Notes: a model not told the origin generated them from the letters alone. A DNA stretch of 64,000 nt from Betaproteobacteria bacterium (GCA_018970545.1 JAGWWC010000004.1:828-64827), one strand, 5' to 3'. Positions 1 to 9,634 are shown, counted from the stretch's first letter. Program-made: numbers and translations.

Positions 1-22
1 CGATAGCCGTGACGACTCTGCC

Positions 23-934
23 CTAGGGCGAAATCAGTAAGTCGCCCTGCCGCGCAAGGGCGCCGGCCTTCACCAGGCTCTCTAAAGACCAATGCAAGGC
101 CTGATCTGGGGGAAGGTCGGCCTGCGCGCTAGCATCACAGAAGACCTGTGCGTATCGGAGCCGCTCAAAAAGCTGGGCTTCAGTGGCTTGTTCCAGATCA
201 AGCATGATGAATTTCACGAGTACTTTCAGTGCATAGCGTGCATTGCGGATGGGGTCTGCCTTCAGCCACGCGAGCCGGCCCCTGGCGCGGGCAAGTGCTA
301 AGTCAAGATCGACAAAAATCGGACCGTGGCCTGGAATCACCATCGTCGGCTGAAGGGATTCGATACGCTCTAAGACTTCATGCTGCTCTTGAAATCCACT
401 TTCGCCAGAGAGCTCCGGAAATGTAACGCCAAAGCCATCCTCCCACAGGGCGTCTGCTGAAATCAAAATGCGGTGCGATGGGGCAAAGAGCATGATGGAT
501 TCCGGATCATGGCCCGCCGCCGCATAGACTTCCCAAATCAGTGAGCCGAGAGTTAACTGCTGACCTGCGTGAATCGATCCGGCCGGCAAAAAGCGTTCAC
601 AGCGCTGGCCCGTAGCGGTGAAACTTAAGGCCTCAAGCTGCCAATCCCGAGCCAGATGCAACGAACCGCTGGGCACAAAAATCTGCGCACCGAATCGTTG
701 GGCAAGCGCCGCATTTCCCCCGCAGTGATCGGAATGAAGATGGGTATTTAAAATTCGCGCCAATGGCCGGCCACCAAGCATACGCTCCACCAATGCACAG
801 GTCAGCGCGGCGTGCTTGACGTAGCCGGTATCGACAACGCTTGCCGAGCCGTCGTCTTCAAAAAAAAGAATCTGATTTGCAGACAGCCAGTCCCGCTCGA
901 TGAAACGCATCGATGGCGGAAGGTTCTGGGTCAT
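23..934 (-). CDS. MBL-fold metallo-hydrolase
   Basis: 303-aa ORF with an HxHxDH zinc motif (HLHSDHCGG) typical of the metallo-beta-lactamase fold. Its ATG overlaps the stop of the upstream DUF1289 ORF (ATGA at 931-934). Confidence 0.85.
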   Translation of the reverse strand: MTQNLPPSMRFIERDWLSANQILFFEDDGSASVVDTGYVKHAALTCALVERMLGGRPLARILNTHLHSDHCGGNAALAQRFGAQIFVPSGSLHLARDWQLEALSFTATGQRCERFLPAGSIHAGQQLTLGSLIWEVYAAAGHDPESIMLFAPSHRILISADALWEDGFGVTFPELSGESGFQEQHEVLERIESLQPTMVIPGHGPIFVDLDLALARARGRLAWLKADPIRNARYALKVLVKFIMLDLEQATEAQLFERLRYAQVFCDASAQADLPPDQALHWSLESLVKAGALARQGDLLISP

Positions 935-1146
935 GGGGCCTGTTCTTGGGGGTGGGCTGACTGACGCTGCATGATCTCGCGCATCACTGCGGCACGCTCT
1001 TCGGGACTCATCTGGCCCCAGGCAGCGATTTCATCCAGGGTACGCAGGCAGCCAATACAGAGGCCCGTCACCGTTGACATCTTGCAAACGGATCTACAGG
1101 GTGACATGATCGGCGCGGTTTGCGCTGCTTCAGATGAGCTGGCCAT
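931..1146 (-). CDS. DUF1289-family small cysteine-rich protein
   Basis: 71-aa version of ORF 931..1230, starting at the internal ATG at 1146. Carries the SPCRSVC...GLCIGCLRTLDEIAAW signature of DUF1289/YdhL-like proteins. The longer start would overlap the divergent gene at 1182. Confidence 0.65.
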   Translation of the reverse strand: MASSSEAAQTAPIMSPCRSVCKMSTVTGLCIGCLRTLDEIAAWGQMSPEERAAVMREIMQRQSAHPQEQAP

Positions 1147-1181
1147 ACCCAAGAATAACACCCCCGAATTGAGAGACCCCA

Positions 1182-1766
1182 GTGAGCGAATCCTCCATCT
1201 CGAACACCCCCATTCCCGACATTGCATCACTGCCTCAAGATATCGCGGAGCGACTCAGCATTACAAAAGAAAAGGCTGGCTTTGTACCGAATGTGATGCG
1301 CGTGCTCTCCCATCGTCCGGATGAATTCCGGGCTTTTTTCGCCTATCACGATGCCTTGATGGAGGGTGCAAGCGGCCTGACCAAGGCCGAGCGGGAAATG
1401 ATTGTGGTCGTCACTTCAGCACTGAACCGCTGCCCATATTGTGTGATTGCCCACGGTGCAATTCTCCGAATCCGTGCCAAGAACCCCAGAATCGCAGATC
1501 AGCTCGCGACCAATTACAAGACCGCAGAGATCACCGCGCGAGAGCGGGCAATATGTGACTTCGCCGTCAAGGTCGCGGCTGCAGCGGCCGACTTAACCGA
1601 TCACGATCGGCAGGCTGCACGCGCTGCTGGACTCACTGATGAAGATCTCTGGGATATCGCCGCGATCACTGCTTTTTTCGCGATGAGCAATCGGCTTGCC
1701 AGCGCAACTGGCATGCGGCCAAACGAAGAGTTCTATCTGATGGGCCGGATTCCTAAAGACAAATAG
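1182..1766 (+). CDS. AhpD-like / carboxymuconolactone decarboxylase family peroxidase-related protein
   Basis: 194-aa ORF with a GTG start. CxxC motif in the context NRCPYCVIAHG, typical of the AhpD/CMD family. Confidence 0.8.
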   Translation: MSESSISNTPIPDIASLPQDIAERLSITKEKAGFVPNVMRVLSHRPDEFRAFFAYHDALMEGASGLTKAEREMIVVVTSALNRCPYCVIAHGAILRIRAKNPRIADQLATNYKTAEITARERAICDFAVKVAAAAADLTDHDRQAARAAGLTDEDLWDIAAITAFFAMSNRLASATGMRPNEEFYLMGRIPKDK

Positions 1767-1784
1767 GGATCGTTTGCGCGAGCG

Positions 1785-3035
1785 TCAACGCGAGGACTCA
1801 GACGCCCGCCGATCGCTAACGATAACACCCTCGGCAATCCAATCCGTGATTTCAGCCGCTGTATACCCCGCTGCCGAGAGAAGGGACTCGGTGTCTGCGC
1901 CAATGGCCGGGATTGCGGCGACTGCTATCGGAGCGGCCGCCATTTGAACCGGAAAAGGGAGAACTGGCTGCGCATGCGAATCAAGCGCTACCGCACCGCG
2001 GCGCACTGAGGGGCCATGCTGGAGTGACTCTTCAAGGGTCATCACCGGGCTCACGCAGCAGTCTTCGTCTTTAAAGATCGCGCGCCATTCGGCCAATGTT
2101 TTTTTACCAATCATCGCCGCCACATCGGCAATTACAGCCCTACCTTCTTGGCCGCAGCAATGACCCCGATCTGATAAATCGGGCCGATTGAGGATCTCGC
2201 AAAACCGCTGCCAGAACTTTTGCTCCAGAGCCCCCACTGCGAGATAGCGTTGATCCTGCGTCGCATAAACCTGGTAGCAGGCCGCGCCTCCGGTGATCAG
2301 CTCCGCGCCGGCTGCCGGCTCCACACGGCGCTGATTCAGCAGGCCTAATGCGTAAACATTTAACGCCAGGGCACCATCGGCCATGGCCACGTCAAGAAAA
2401 CGTCCTCGGCCATTAAGCTTTGCATCCAGCAGGGCCGCGAGAATCGCGGTGGCCGCCGAGAGTGCGCCGCCGGCTAGGTCAGCCGTCTGAACCGTGCCGA
2501 TCGCCGGTCTGCCATCCTGCGCGCGGTTATGGTGGAGTCCGCCGCTGAGTGCTAAGTAATTGAGATCATGGCCCGCTTTGTCGCGATAGGGGCCGGTCTG
2601 ACCATAGCCCGATAGCGCGCAGTACACCAGGCTGGGCTTGACGGTCGCGAGTGCCTCGTAGCCAACGCCCAGCCGTTGCATGACACCCGGCCGAAAACCC
2701 TCCAGCACAATATCAGCGTCAACGACCAATCGCTTGACGATCTCAACAGCACGCGGATCACGCAGATTCAACGCAATTGATTTTTTTCCGCGATTGACCA
2801 AATCAAAAAATCGGCCGCCACCAAATCCTTCCAGGTCGGCCTCTTCGCGCATGAGATCGCCGCCATCGGGCCGCGTTGCATCGTCAATACGAATCACTTC
2901 AGCGCCCAAATCAGTAAGGATTTGAGAACAGTAAGGGCCGGGAAGTAATCTGCTGAAATCGAGCACGCGTACAGCCACAAGCGGCAGTGGCCCGTTCGTC
3001 GCTGGCAGCGCCAATGATTGGGAAGTCGAGGACAT
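1785..3035 (-). CDS. CoA transferase family III (CaiB/BaiF-type)
   Basis: N-terminal VRVLDFSRLLPGPYCSQILTDLGAEVIRID plus a family-typical length of about 415 aa. The start is ambiguous: ATG at 3035 or TTG at 3050. Confidence 0.85.
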   Translation of the reverse strand: MSSTSQSLALPATNGPLPLVAVRVLDFSRLLPGPYCSQILTDLGAEVIRIDDATRPDGGDLMREEADLEGFGGGRFFDLVNRGKKSIALNLRDPRAVEIVKRLVVDADIVLEGFRPGVMQRLGVGYEALATVKPSLVYCALSGYGQTGPYRDKAGHDLNYLALSGGLHHNRAQDGRPAIGTVQTADLAGGALSAATAILAALLDAKLNGRGRFLDVAMADGALALNVYALGLLNQRRVEPAAGAELITGGAACYQVYATQDQRYLAVGALEQKFWQRFCEILNRPDLSDRGHCCGQEGRAVIADVAAMIGKKTLAEWRAIFKDEDCCVSPVMTLEESLQHGPSVRRGAVALDSHAQPVLPFPVQMAAAPIAVAAIPAIGADTESLLSAAGYTAAEITDWIAEGVIVSDRRASESSR

Positions 3036-3066
3036 CGTGGAGAATCTCAATGCAAGACGAGATGAT

Positions 3067-3143
3067 TGGTAGGCGCGATTGGACTCGAACCAACGACCCC
3101 CACCATGTCAAGGTGGTGCTCTAACCAGCTGAGCTACGCGCCT
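3067..3143 (-). tRNA. tRNA-Val (anticodon GAC)
   Basis: The reverse complement reads AGGCGCGTAGCTCAGCTGGTTAGAGCACCACCTTGACATGGTGGGGGTCGTTGGTTCGAGTCCAATCGCGCCTACCA. It folds as a cloverleaf with anticodon loop TTGACAT, a TTCGAGT T-loop and an encoded CCA. Confidence 0.95.
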
Positions 3144-4681
3144 GCCGCAGAACGACGGGCCGAAACGCCGCCTTCCTGAACCGGGTGCAATTGTAGATCA
3201 ATTCCACATTTGGCCCACTCGGCCGCCTCATGCTGCAGGCCAAAGACGGTTAACGGATGCGCCTCCAGCCATAGGCCACTGATTTCCAGACGAAACCGTG
3301 TTGGCCCCCCGATTAAATCAATTTCAGGAAGTTCAAGATCAAGACGGCGGCGGTAGAGCAAACAGGCGAGCCGAAAGCACATCGCGGCAGCACGCTGGGC
3401 CGGTGAGGCCAGCTGTGGCTGAATCTTTGAGAGCTTTCCCCGCTGGCCCAGCACGAGCATAGCGACCGCCTGCTGCTCCCGGCGCGAGAAACCGGGCAGA
3501 TCAGCATGCGTCACGATGTAGGCCGAATGCTTGTGAAAGCTGTTATGGGAAATCGAGACGCCGATCTCATGCAGACAGGCGGCCCAGAGCAGATGCTGCT
3601 CGAGTTGCTCGCGCTCCTCATCGGAGCCGATTTTTAAACGCTTCCAGAGATTGATTGCAAAAAGACTGATGCGCTGCGACTGGGCGATATCAACCGAATA
3701 GCGTCGCATCGCCTGCTCAACACTGATACGTCGCATATCTTCGCGCTGCGTACGGCCCACGAGGTCATACAAAACACCCAGTCGCAAGGCGCCTTCGCCA
3801 TGGTGCATGCGCGTGATACCGAGCTCTTCAAATATTGCCGACATGATGGCCAGCCCGCCCGCAAACACCGGGATTCGATCAGGTTTTAAGCCGTCTAAAC
3901 CAGCCTCCTCGATTCGGCCTGCACGAACGAGCCTGCTCACCAATGCATCCAGTGCTTGTGCGGTGATCCCATCTGCGCCCAGGCCATTGGCTTGAATCAC
4001 TTCGGCAATCGCTTTGGCAGTGCCACTTGAGCCGATGACTTCATCCCAGCCCGCTGACACAAAGGCCTTTCGAATCACCTGAATCTCTTCACGGGCCGCA
4101 AGGATCGCCGCTTTCATAGCCGGCCGGTCAATTTCGCCGCCTGGAAAATAATCACGACTGAATCGCACGCATCCTACATAGACCGACTCCAGCACCTCGG
4201 GCACCTCATTGCGGCCGATCACAAACTCGGTGGAGCCGCCACCAATGTCGATCACGAGCCGTTTCTTTCCGTCTCGCGGCAGGCTCTGGGCGACCCCTGA
4301 GTAAATCAATCGGGCCTCTTCCTGGCCAGCAATAATTTCAATCGGAAAGCCGAGTGCCGCCTCAGCGGTGTGCAGGAACTCTTGGCCGTTTTTCGCGATC
4401 CGAAGGGTATTGGTCGCCACCGCCCGAACACGGTCCGGGGAAAATGAACGCAGCCGCTCGCCAAATCGTTGCAAGGCGAGAATCGCCCGCGACTGCGAAG
4501 CGGCGTCAAGACGTTTATCGGGCCCCAGCCCACCTGCAAGGCGGACCACCTCCTTGAGGCTATCCAGTGGATAGACCTGAAACCCCAGCGGAGACTCCAC
4601 CACCCGGCCGATCAAAAGGTGAAAACTGTTGGATCCGAGATCCGCTGCCGCAACAAGCTTTACGGGATTCGACATGGGCAT
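3134..4681 (-). CDS. ppx: exopolyphosphatase (Ppx/GppA family)
   Basis: N-terminal AAADLGSNSFHLLIGR and DIGGGSTEF actin-like ATPase motifs of the Ppx/GppA family. ATG 4681 is preceded by AGG; alternative starts are TTG 4702 and ATG 4675. The stop lies 10 nt inside tRNA-Val. Confidence 0.9.
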   Translation of the reverse strand: MPMSNPVKLVAAADLGSNSFHLLIGRVVESPLGFQVYPLDSLKEVVRLAGGLGPDKRLDAASQSRAILALQRFGERLRSFSPDRVRAVATNTLRIAKNGQEFLHTAEAALGFPIEIIAGQEEARLIYSGVAQSLPRDGKKRLVIDIGGGSTEFVIGRNEVPEVLESVYVGCVRFSRDYFPGGEIDRPAMKAAILAAREEIQVIRKAFVSAGWDEVIGSSGTAKAIAEVIQANGLGADGITAQALDALVSRLVRAGRIEEAGLDGLKPDRIPVFAGGLAIMSAIFEELGITRMHHGEGALRLGVLYDLVGRTQREDMRRISVEQAMRRYSVDIAQSQRISLFAINLWKRLKIGSDEEREQLEQHLLWAACLHEIGVSISHNSFHKHSAYIVTHADLPGFSRREQQAVAMLVLGQRGKLSKIQPQLASPAQRAAAMCFRLACLLYRRRLDLELPEIDLIGGPTRFRLEISGLWLEAHPLTVFGLQHEAAEWAKCGIDLQLHPVQEGGVSARRSAAGA

Positions 4682-4746
4682 AGCGGCCTTATTGTCGCTC
4701 AAGTCCCTCGAAGTCGACAGAGTCGGGGCTAATCACAATAGCGGCG

Positions 4747-4764
4747 CTGTCACCTGGCCGTCAT
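4747..4764 (+). promoter_or_regulatory. candidate Pho box (CTGTCAC-ctgg-CCGTCAT)
   Basis: Two 7-bp direct repeats with a 4-bp spacer (11-bp period) resembling the E. coli PhoB consensus CTGTCAT-N4-CTGTCAT. The site lies 26-43 nt upstream of the ppk ATG in the ppx/ppk divergent spacer. Confidence 0.35.
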
Positions 4765-4789
4765 ATTCCAGCTCCACACTCCGACAATC

Positions 4790-6856
4790 ATGAGCACCAG
4801 GCCCCATCCCAGCCCCACCGAGCATTTCCTGAATCGGGAACTCAGCCTATTGGCCTTTAACGAACGTGTCCTGGCCATGGCTGAAGACCCTGCTGTGCCG
4901 GCGCTGGAGCGGCTACGCTATATCTGCATTGTCTCCAGTAATCTCGATGAGCTCTTTGAGATCCGAGTCTCAGGCATCAAAGCCCAGCTTCGATCGCACC
5001 CCGATCAGGTCCATGCCGATGGCTTTACAGCCGCCACCACCTACACTGCTGTCTGCGCCCGGGCCGGCGCGCTGATCGAACGCCAGTACCACGTGCTTAA
5101 CGAACAAGTTTTTCCTTTACTTCAGCAGCATGGCATCCATTTTCATCTTGCGCCTACGCTCGATGACACCCAGCGCGAATGGGCTCACCATTATTTCAGT
5201 CAGGAAGTGCTGCCCGTCCTCACGCCGATTGGCCTATCGCCCACTCATCCCTTCCCCCGGGTGCTCAATAAGAGTCTGAACTTTATTGTTGAGTTGCAGG
5301 GTGAAGACTCGTTTGGCCGTCAAAGCGGCGTCGCGATTGTGCAGGCGCCCCGTGCCCTGCCCCGCCTGGTGGCGATGCCCAAGGCAATCTCTGGCTATCC
5401 CCACGGCTTCATGATGCTGTCGTCATTTGTCCAAAGCTTTGTTCACGAGTTGTTTCCCGGCATGACGGCCATCGGTGTCCACCAATTTCGAGTCACGCGA
5501 AACAGTGACTTATTTGTCGATGACGAAGAAGTGACCGATCTGCGCGAGGCCCTGCAGGGAGAGCTCTCGCAGCGGCAGTTTGGCGATGCCGTGCGTCTGG
5601 AAGTCTCCGAGGGCATCTCCGATCGCATGCTCAAGCTTTTGCGCAACGAGTTTGGGCTCACCGACGCCGACTGCTACCGGGTCCATGGGCCCGTCAATAT
5701 GGTGCGACTCATGCAGCTGCCGGATCTGGTTGATCGGCCGGACTTAAAGTTTCCTGCCTTCACCCCGCGGTATCCCAAGGCACTTGAATCGGCCAATCTT
5801 TTTGAAGTAATTCGTCAGCAGGATGTGCTGCTCCACCATCCTTACGACTCCTTCTCAGCGGTTGCTGACTTTATTCGTCTTGCCGCCGCAGATCCGCAGG
5901 TGGTGGCGATTAAGCAGACCATTTATCGCACGGGCCAGACCTCAGAACTCATGGAGTCGCTTCTCGGAGCCGTGCGTGCCGGCAAAGAGGTCACCGTCAT
6001 CGTGGAGCTGATGGCACGGTTTGATGAAGAGACCAATATCAACTGGGCCTCGCGGCTCGAGGAGGCAGGTGCTCACGTGGTCTTTGGCGTCGTTGGCAAC
6101 AAGACCCACGCCAAGATGTGCTTAATTGTCCGTCGGGAAAAGTCTGGCATGCGCCGCTACGTGCACCTGGGCACCGGAAACTATCACCCCAAAACCGCCC
6201 GGACCTACACCGACTTCGGTCTTTTCACGAGCCATCAAGACATCTGCGCTGATGTCCACGAAGTCTTCCAGCAGCTCACGGGCCTTGGCCACGCCAAGGC
6301 CTTAAAAGTAATGCTGCAGTCTCCCTTCACCTTGCATCAACGCATGATCGCATTCATTGAACGCGAGGCCCGGCATGCAAAGGCCGGCAAGCCTGCACGC
6401 ATCATTGCCAAAATGAATTCACTGGTCGAGCCGCAGGTCATTGAGGCGCTGTATAAAGCCAGCCGCGCCGGCGTGAAGATTGACTTGATTGTGCGTGGCG
6501 TTTGTGTGCTCAGGCCCAAAGTGCCTGGTCTTTCAGAAAATATCTCAGTGCGCTCGACGATTGGCCGCTTTTTAGAGCACAGCCGCGTGTTTTATTTTAA
6601 AAATGCAGGCCAGGAGGATGTCTATCTCTCCTCCGCCGACTGGATGGATCGTAATTTTTTTCGGCGGGTTGAGCTTGCCTTTCCGGTGCTGGACCCAAAG
6701 CTTAAGCAACGTGTGATTCGCGAGGGACTCTCGGCGCATCTTCGAGACAATGCCTTGTCGTGGACCATGCGGGCCGACGGCAGTTACTCGATGAAACGCA
6801 CCGTTGGGCCGAAACGTCGGGCTTCGCAGGAATTACTGCTGGCTGCGGCCCGATAG
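4790..6856 (+). CDS. ppk: polyphosphate kinase 1
   Basis: 688 aa. N-terminal FLNRELSLLAFNERVL and full-length PPK1 architecture, including the C-terminal PLD-like domains (HAKMCLIV, FLEHSRVFYF). Confidence 0.95.
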   Translation: MSTRPHPSPTEHFLNRELSLLAFNERVLAMAEDPAVPALERLRYICIVSSNLDELFEIRVSGIKAQLRSHPDQVHADGFTAATTYTAVCARAGALIERQYHVLNEQVFPLLQQHGIHFHLAPTLDDTQREWAHHYFSQEVLPVLTPIGLSPTHPFPRVLNKSLNFIVELQGEDSFGRQSGVAIVQAPRALPRLVAMPKAISGYPHGFMMLSSFVQSFVHELFPGMTAIGVHQFRVTRNSDLFVDDEEVTDLREALQGELSQRQFGDAVRLEVSEGISDRMLKLLRNEFGLTDADCYRVHGPVNMVRLMQLPDLVDRPDLKFPAFTPRYPKALESANLFEVIRQQDVLLHHPYDSFSAVADFIRLAAADPQVVAIKQTIYRTGQTSELMESLLGAVRAGKEVTVIVELMARFDEETNINWASRLEEAGAHVVFGVVGNKTHAKMCLIVRREKSGMRRYVHLGTGNYHPKTARTYTDFGLFTSHQDICADVHEVFQQLTGLGHAKALKVMLQSPFTLHQRMIAFIEREARHAKAGKPARIIAKMNSLVEPQVIEALYKASRAGVKIDLIVRGVCVLRPKVPGLSENISVRSTIGRFLEHSRVFYFKNAGQEDVYLSSADWMDRNFFRRVELAFPVLDPKLKQRVIREGLSAHLRDNALSWTMRADGSYSMKRTVGPKRRASQELLLAAAR

Positions 6857-8455
6857 CGGCCCCACCACAAGCAGCGGAATCAACGCCACAACGGCCATCG
6901 TCAGCGATGGCCACGCCGCCTGGCCGAGCAGTTCGTCTGCGGCAAGATGATGCGCGGAGACCGCCAAGGTCTCCAAATTAAATGGCCGCAGCACCAGTGT
7001 GGCGGGTAACTCTTTGACCACATCAACAAAGACCAGTAACGCCGCCACACCCATCGCGCCACGCATCAAGGGCACATGGACGCGAAGAAAAACCTGCAGG
7101 CGCGATAAGCCCAGGCCACTGGCTGACCAGTCCAGCGATCGCGTAATGCGTCCAAGGCCAGTCTCAATCGGACCCAGACCAACGACAAAAAATCGCGTCA
7201 AGTAGGCCCCCAACAAAAGCGCACCGGTGCTGGCCAAGGCAACACGCCAATTCAGCCACTGATCGGCAAGCTCGGTAAATAATCCTGACCAGGCCAGCAA
7301 TCCAACAGCCACCACCAGGCCAGGCATCGCGTAGCCCACCGAAGCAATCCGCACGGCCCGTCCGAGCCAGCTGCTGCCATTGCGAAGGGCATAGCCACAT
7401 ATCCATGCTGCCGGCAAAATGACCAGCACCGCTGCGGCACCGAGGCCGATGGTCGTGATGGCCTGATAAAACAAAGGACCGGCCTGAGGCACCGCCTCTG
7501 CAGTGATGGCAGCATGCAGCAGCAGTCCAGCTGGTAAAACAAACCCAAAGATCGGCAAGATCGCGCAAAACATTCCCATCGCCAAGGCACGTTTTCCTGA
7601 AACCACGAAACGTCGGGCCCGGCCGCTCGGCCGCTGTCCAGCCCAAGCAGCACGGCCGCGGCTTCGCATTTCAAACCACATGAGCAGCAGCATCACGATC
7701 AGCATCAGCATTCCCATCAGAGCGGCCGATGAGCGATCGCCATAGTTAAACCAGGCCTTAAAGAGTCCGGTGGAAAGTGTCGGCACCGAGAAAAACGCGA
7801 CCGTGCCGTAATCGGCCCAGCATTCCATGATGACCAAGGCCAGACCGGCAATCCACGCCGGCCGCGCAAGTGGCAGAGCAAGCCGAAAGAAGATCTGCGC
7901 AGGCGAGAGTCCCATTGCACGAGCGGCATCAAATGATCCGGCCTGTCGATCTTCGAATGCAGTCTTTGACAGCAGCGCCACATACGGGCTCAGCGCGAGT
8001 CCCATGATCAGGCCCGCACCCGCCACTGAGCGGATATCCATGCGTGGAAATGCAATGCCTATTGCAGAGAGCATCTGTATCAGATCGCGATACAGCCAGC
8101 CCGAAGGATCCAGCGCATCGGTGTAGGCATAGGCCAACACATAGGCCGGCATCGCCATCGGAAGAATCAAAGCCCAATTCAAAAGCCGTCTGCCCGGAAA
8201 GTCATAGGCGGCGATCATCCAGGCGCCCGGCAGGCCCAGGCCTAAGGCGATCGCGGCGGCGATTACGGAAATCGCAATCGTATTCAGGGTGTATTCAAGC
8301 AATACCGATTCAGCCAACGACACCAGCACCGCTGGGCTCATAAGCGCCTTCAGTCCAAAGACCCCAACTGCGGCCAGGGGCAGGATGATGGCCACCACCA
8401 GCGTGACCGAGGCCAGAATGAGGGCCCGATTGGGGGGAAAGGGGTTTGGCTTCAC
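6833..8455 (-). CDS. Fe(III)-type ABC transporter permease (two fused permease domains, FbpB-like)
   Basis: 540-aa polytopic membrane protein with duplicated ABC permease domains. GTG start. Divergent from the cognate-looking ATPase gene. Confidence 0.85.
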   Translation of the reverse strand: MKPNPFPPNRALILASVTLVVAIILPLAAVGVFGLKALMSPAVLVSLAESVLLEYTLNTIAISVIAAAIALGLGLPGAWMIAAYDFPGRRLLNWALILPMAMPAYVLAYAYTDALDPSGWLYRDLIQMLSAIGIAFPRMDIRSVAGAGLIMGLALSPYVALLSKTAFEDRQAGSFDAARAMGLSPAQIFFRLALPLARPAWIAGLALVIMECWADYGTVAFFSVPTLSTGLFKAWFNYGDRSSAALMGMLMLIVMLLLMWFEMRSRGRAAWAGQRPSGRARRFVVSGKRALAMGMFCAILPIFGFVLPAGLLLHAAITAEAVPQAGPLFYQAITTIGLGAAAVLVILPAAWICGYALRNGSSWLGRAVRIASVGYAMPGLVVAVGLLAWSGLFTELADQWLNWRVALASTGALLLGAYLTRFFVVGLGPIETGLGRITRSLDWSASGLGLSRLQVFLRVHVPLMRGAMGVAALLVFVDVVKELPATLVLRPFNLETLAVSAHHLAADELLGQAAWPSLTMAVVALIPLLVVGPLSGRSQQ

Positions 8456-8471
8456 GACGAATCGCTCAAAT

Positions 8472-8490
8472 AAGAATTATAATCATTTGC
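8472..8490. promoter_or_regulatory. Fur-box-like AT-rich element overlapping a palindromic ATTATAAT (-10 on both strands)
   Basis: AAGAATTATAATCATTTGC matches 14/19 positions of GATAATGATAATCATTATC. A TATAAT reads on the plus strand at 8478-8483 and on the minus strand at 8476-8481. The element sits in the 36-bp spacer between the divergent iron ABC genes. Confidence 0.35.
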
Positions 8491-8491
8491 A

Positions 8492-9586
8492 ATGAAGGCC
8501 CTAGAGCTCGACCAAGTCGCAATCCGTTATCCGGACGCTAATCGCCCGGAAGGCTTTTTGCTGGCCGCCTCCGGGGTGTCACTGGCCCTAGATCGGGGCG
8601 ATATCGGCTGCCTACTCGGGCCCTCGGGCTGCGGCAAGACCAGCCTGCTGCGGGCGGTGGCCGGCTTTGTGCCAATCGCCAAAGGCGCAATCCGAATTAA
8701 TGGCGAGCTCATGGCCGATGGCGAGCAGCACGTGCCTCCCGAAAAGCGCCGGGTCGGGGTGGTATTCCAGGACTACGCCCTTTTTCCTCATCTGACCGTG
8801 ATTGAAAACATTCGATTCGGACTGACTAAGGGTAAGCGCAGCGCAAGCGCCGAGGCGCATGCCCGCGCCAAGGACATGCTCGAACTGGTCGGCCTCGGCC
8901 AGCAGGCCGATCGCTATCCCCATGAGCTCTCAGGCGGACAGCAGCAGCGCGTCGCCCTCGCTCGGGCCCTTGCACCCCAGCCCGACTTGGTCCTGCTCGA
9001 TGAGCCCTTCTCTAACCTTGACATTGCGCTCAGGGATCGGCTCGCCCGTGAGGTCCGGGATATCCTGCGCCAGACCCAGACGACAGCCATTTTGGTGACC
9101 CACGATCAGCACGAGGCCTTTGCGGTAGCCGATCAGGTCGGGGTCATTTTCGAGGGCCGGCTCACCCAATGGGCCAATCCTTACCAGCTCTATCACGAAC
9201 CCAACTCGGCGGCCGTGGCCCGTTTTGTCGGCGAGGGTGCCTTTATCACTGGATCCCAGGTTGGCCACGAGGTCAAGACTCTGCTGGGGGCCCTGCCGCT
9301 CAGCGCCTGCTGCTGCAATGACTGCGAACCCGTTGGCGATGTCCGGGTGCTACTCAGGCCCGATGACGTGGTCCACGACGACGCCTCGCCGCTGAAAGCC
9401 AAGGTGGTCAGGAAGGCCTTTCGGGGCGCGGACTTTCTCTACACCCTTGAGCTCGATAACGGCGAGCAGATCCTATCCCTGGTGCCCAGCCATCACGACC
9501 ATGGCTTGGAAGAGAAAATCGGTATTCGGCTTGAGGCCGACCATGTGGTGACCTTCAGTCAAGCAGAGCCCGCCCAGCCGTTTTAA
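8492..9586 (+). CDS. ABC transporter ATP-binding protein (FbpC/PotA-like)
   Basis: Walker A GPSGCGKT, signature LSGGQQQRV and Walker B LVLLDEP, plus a C-terminal TOBE-like extension. Confidence 0.9.
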   Translation: MKALELDQVAIRYPDANRPEGFLLAASGVSLALDRGDIGCLLGPSGCGKTSLLRAVAGFVPIAKGAIRINGELMADGEQHVPPEKRRVGVVFQDYALFPHLTVIENIRFGLTKGKRSASAEAHARAKDMLELVGLGQQADRYPHELSGGQQQRVALARALAPQPDLVLLDEPFSNLDIALRDRLAREVRDILRQTQTTAILVTHDQHEAFAVADQVGVIFEGRLTQWANPYQLYHEPNSAAVARFVGEGAFITGSQVGHEVKTLLGALPLSACCCNDCEPVGDVRVLLRPDDVVHDDASPLKAKVVRKAFRGADFLYTLELDNGEQILSLVPSHHDHGLEEKIGIRLEADHVVTFSQAEPAQPF

Positions 9587-9634
9587 GTTCCCAACCCCGA
9601 TCTTTCCAAGTGTCGTTTGTGACTCGTTGTTCAT

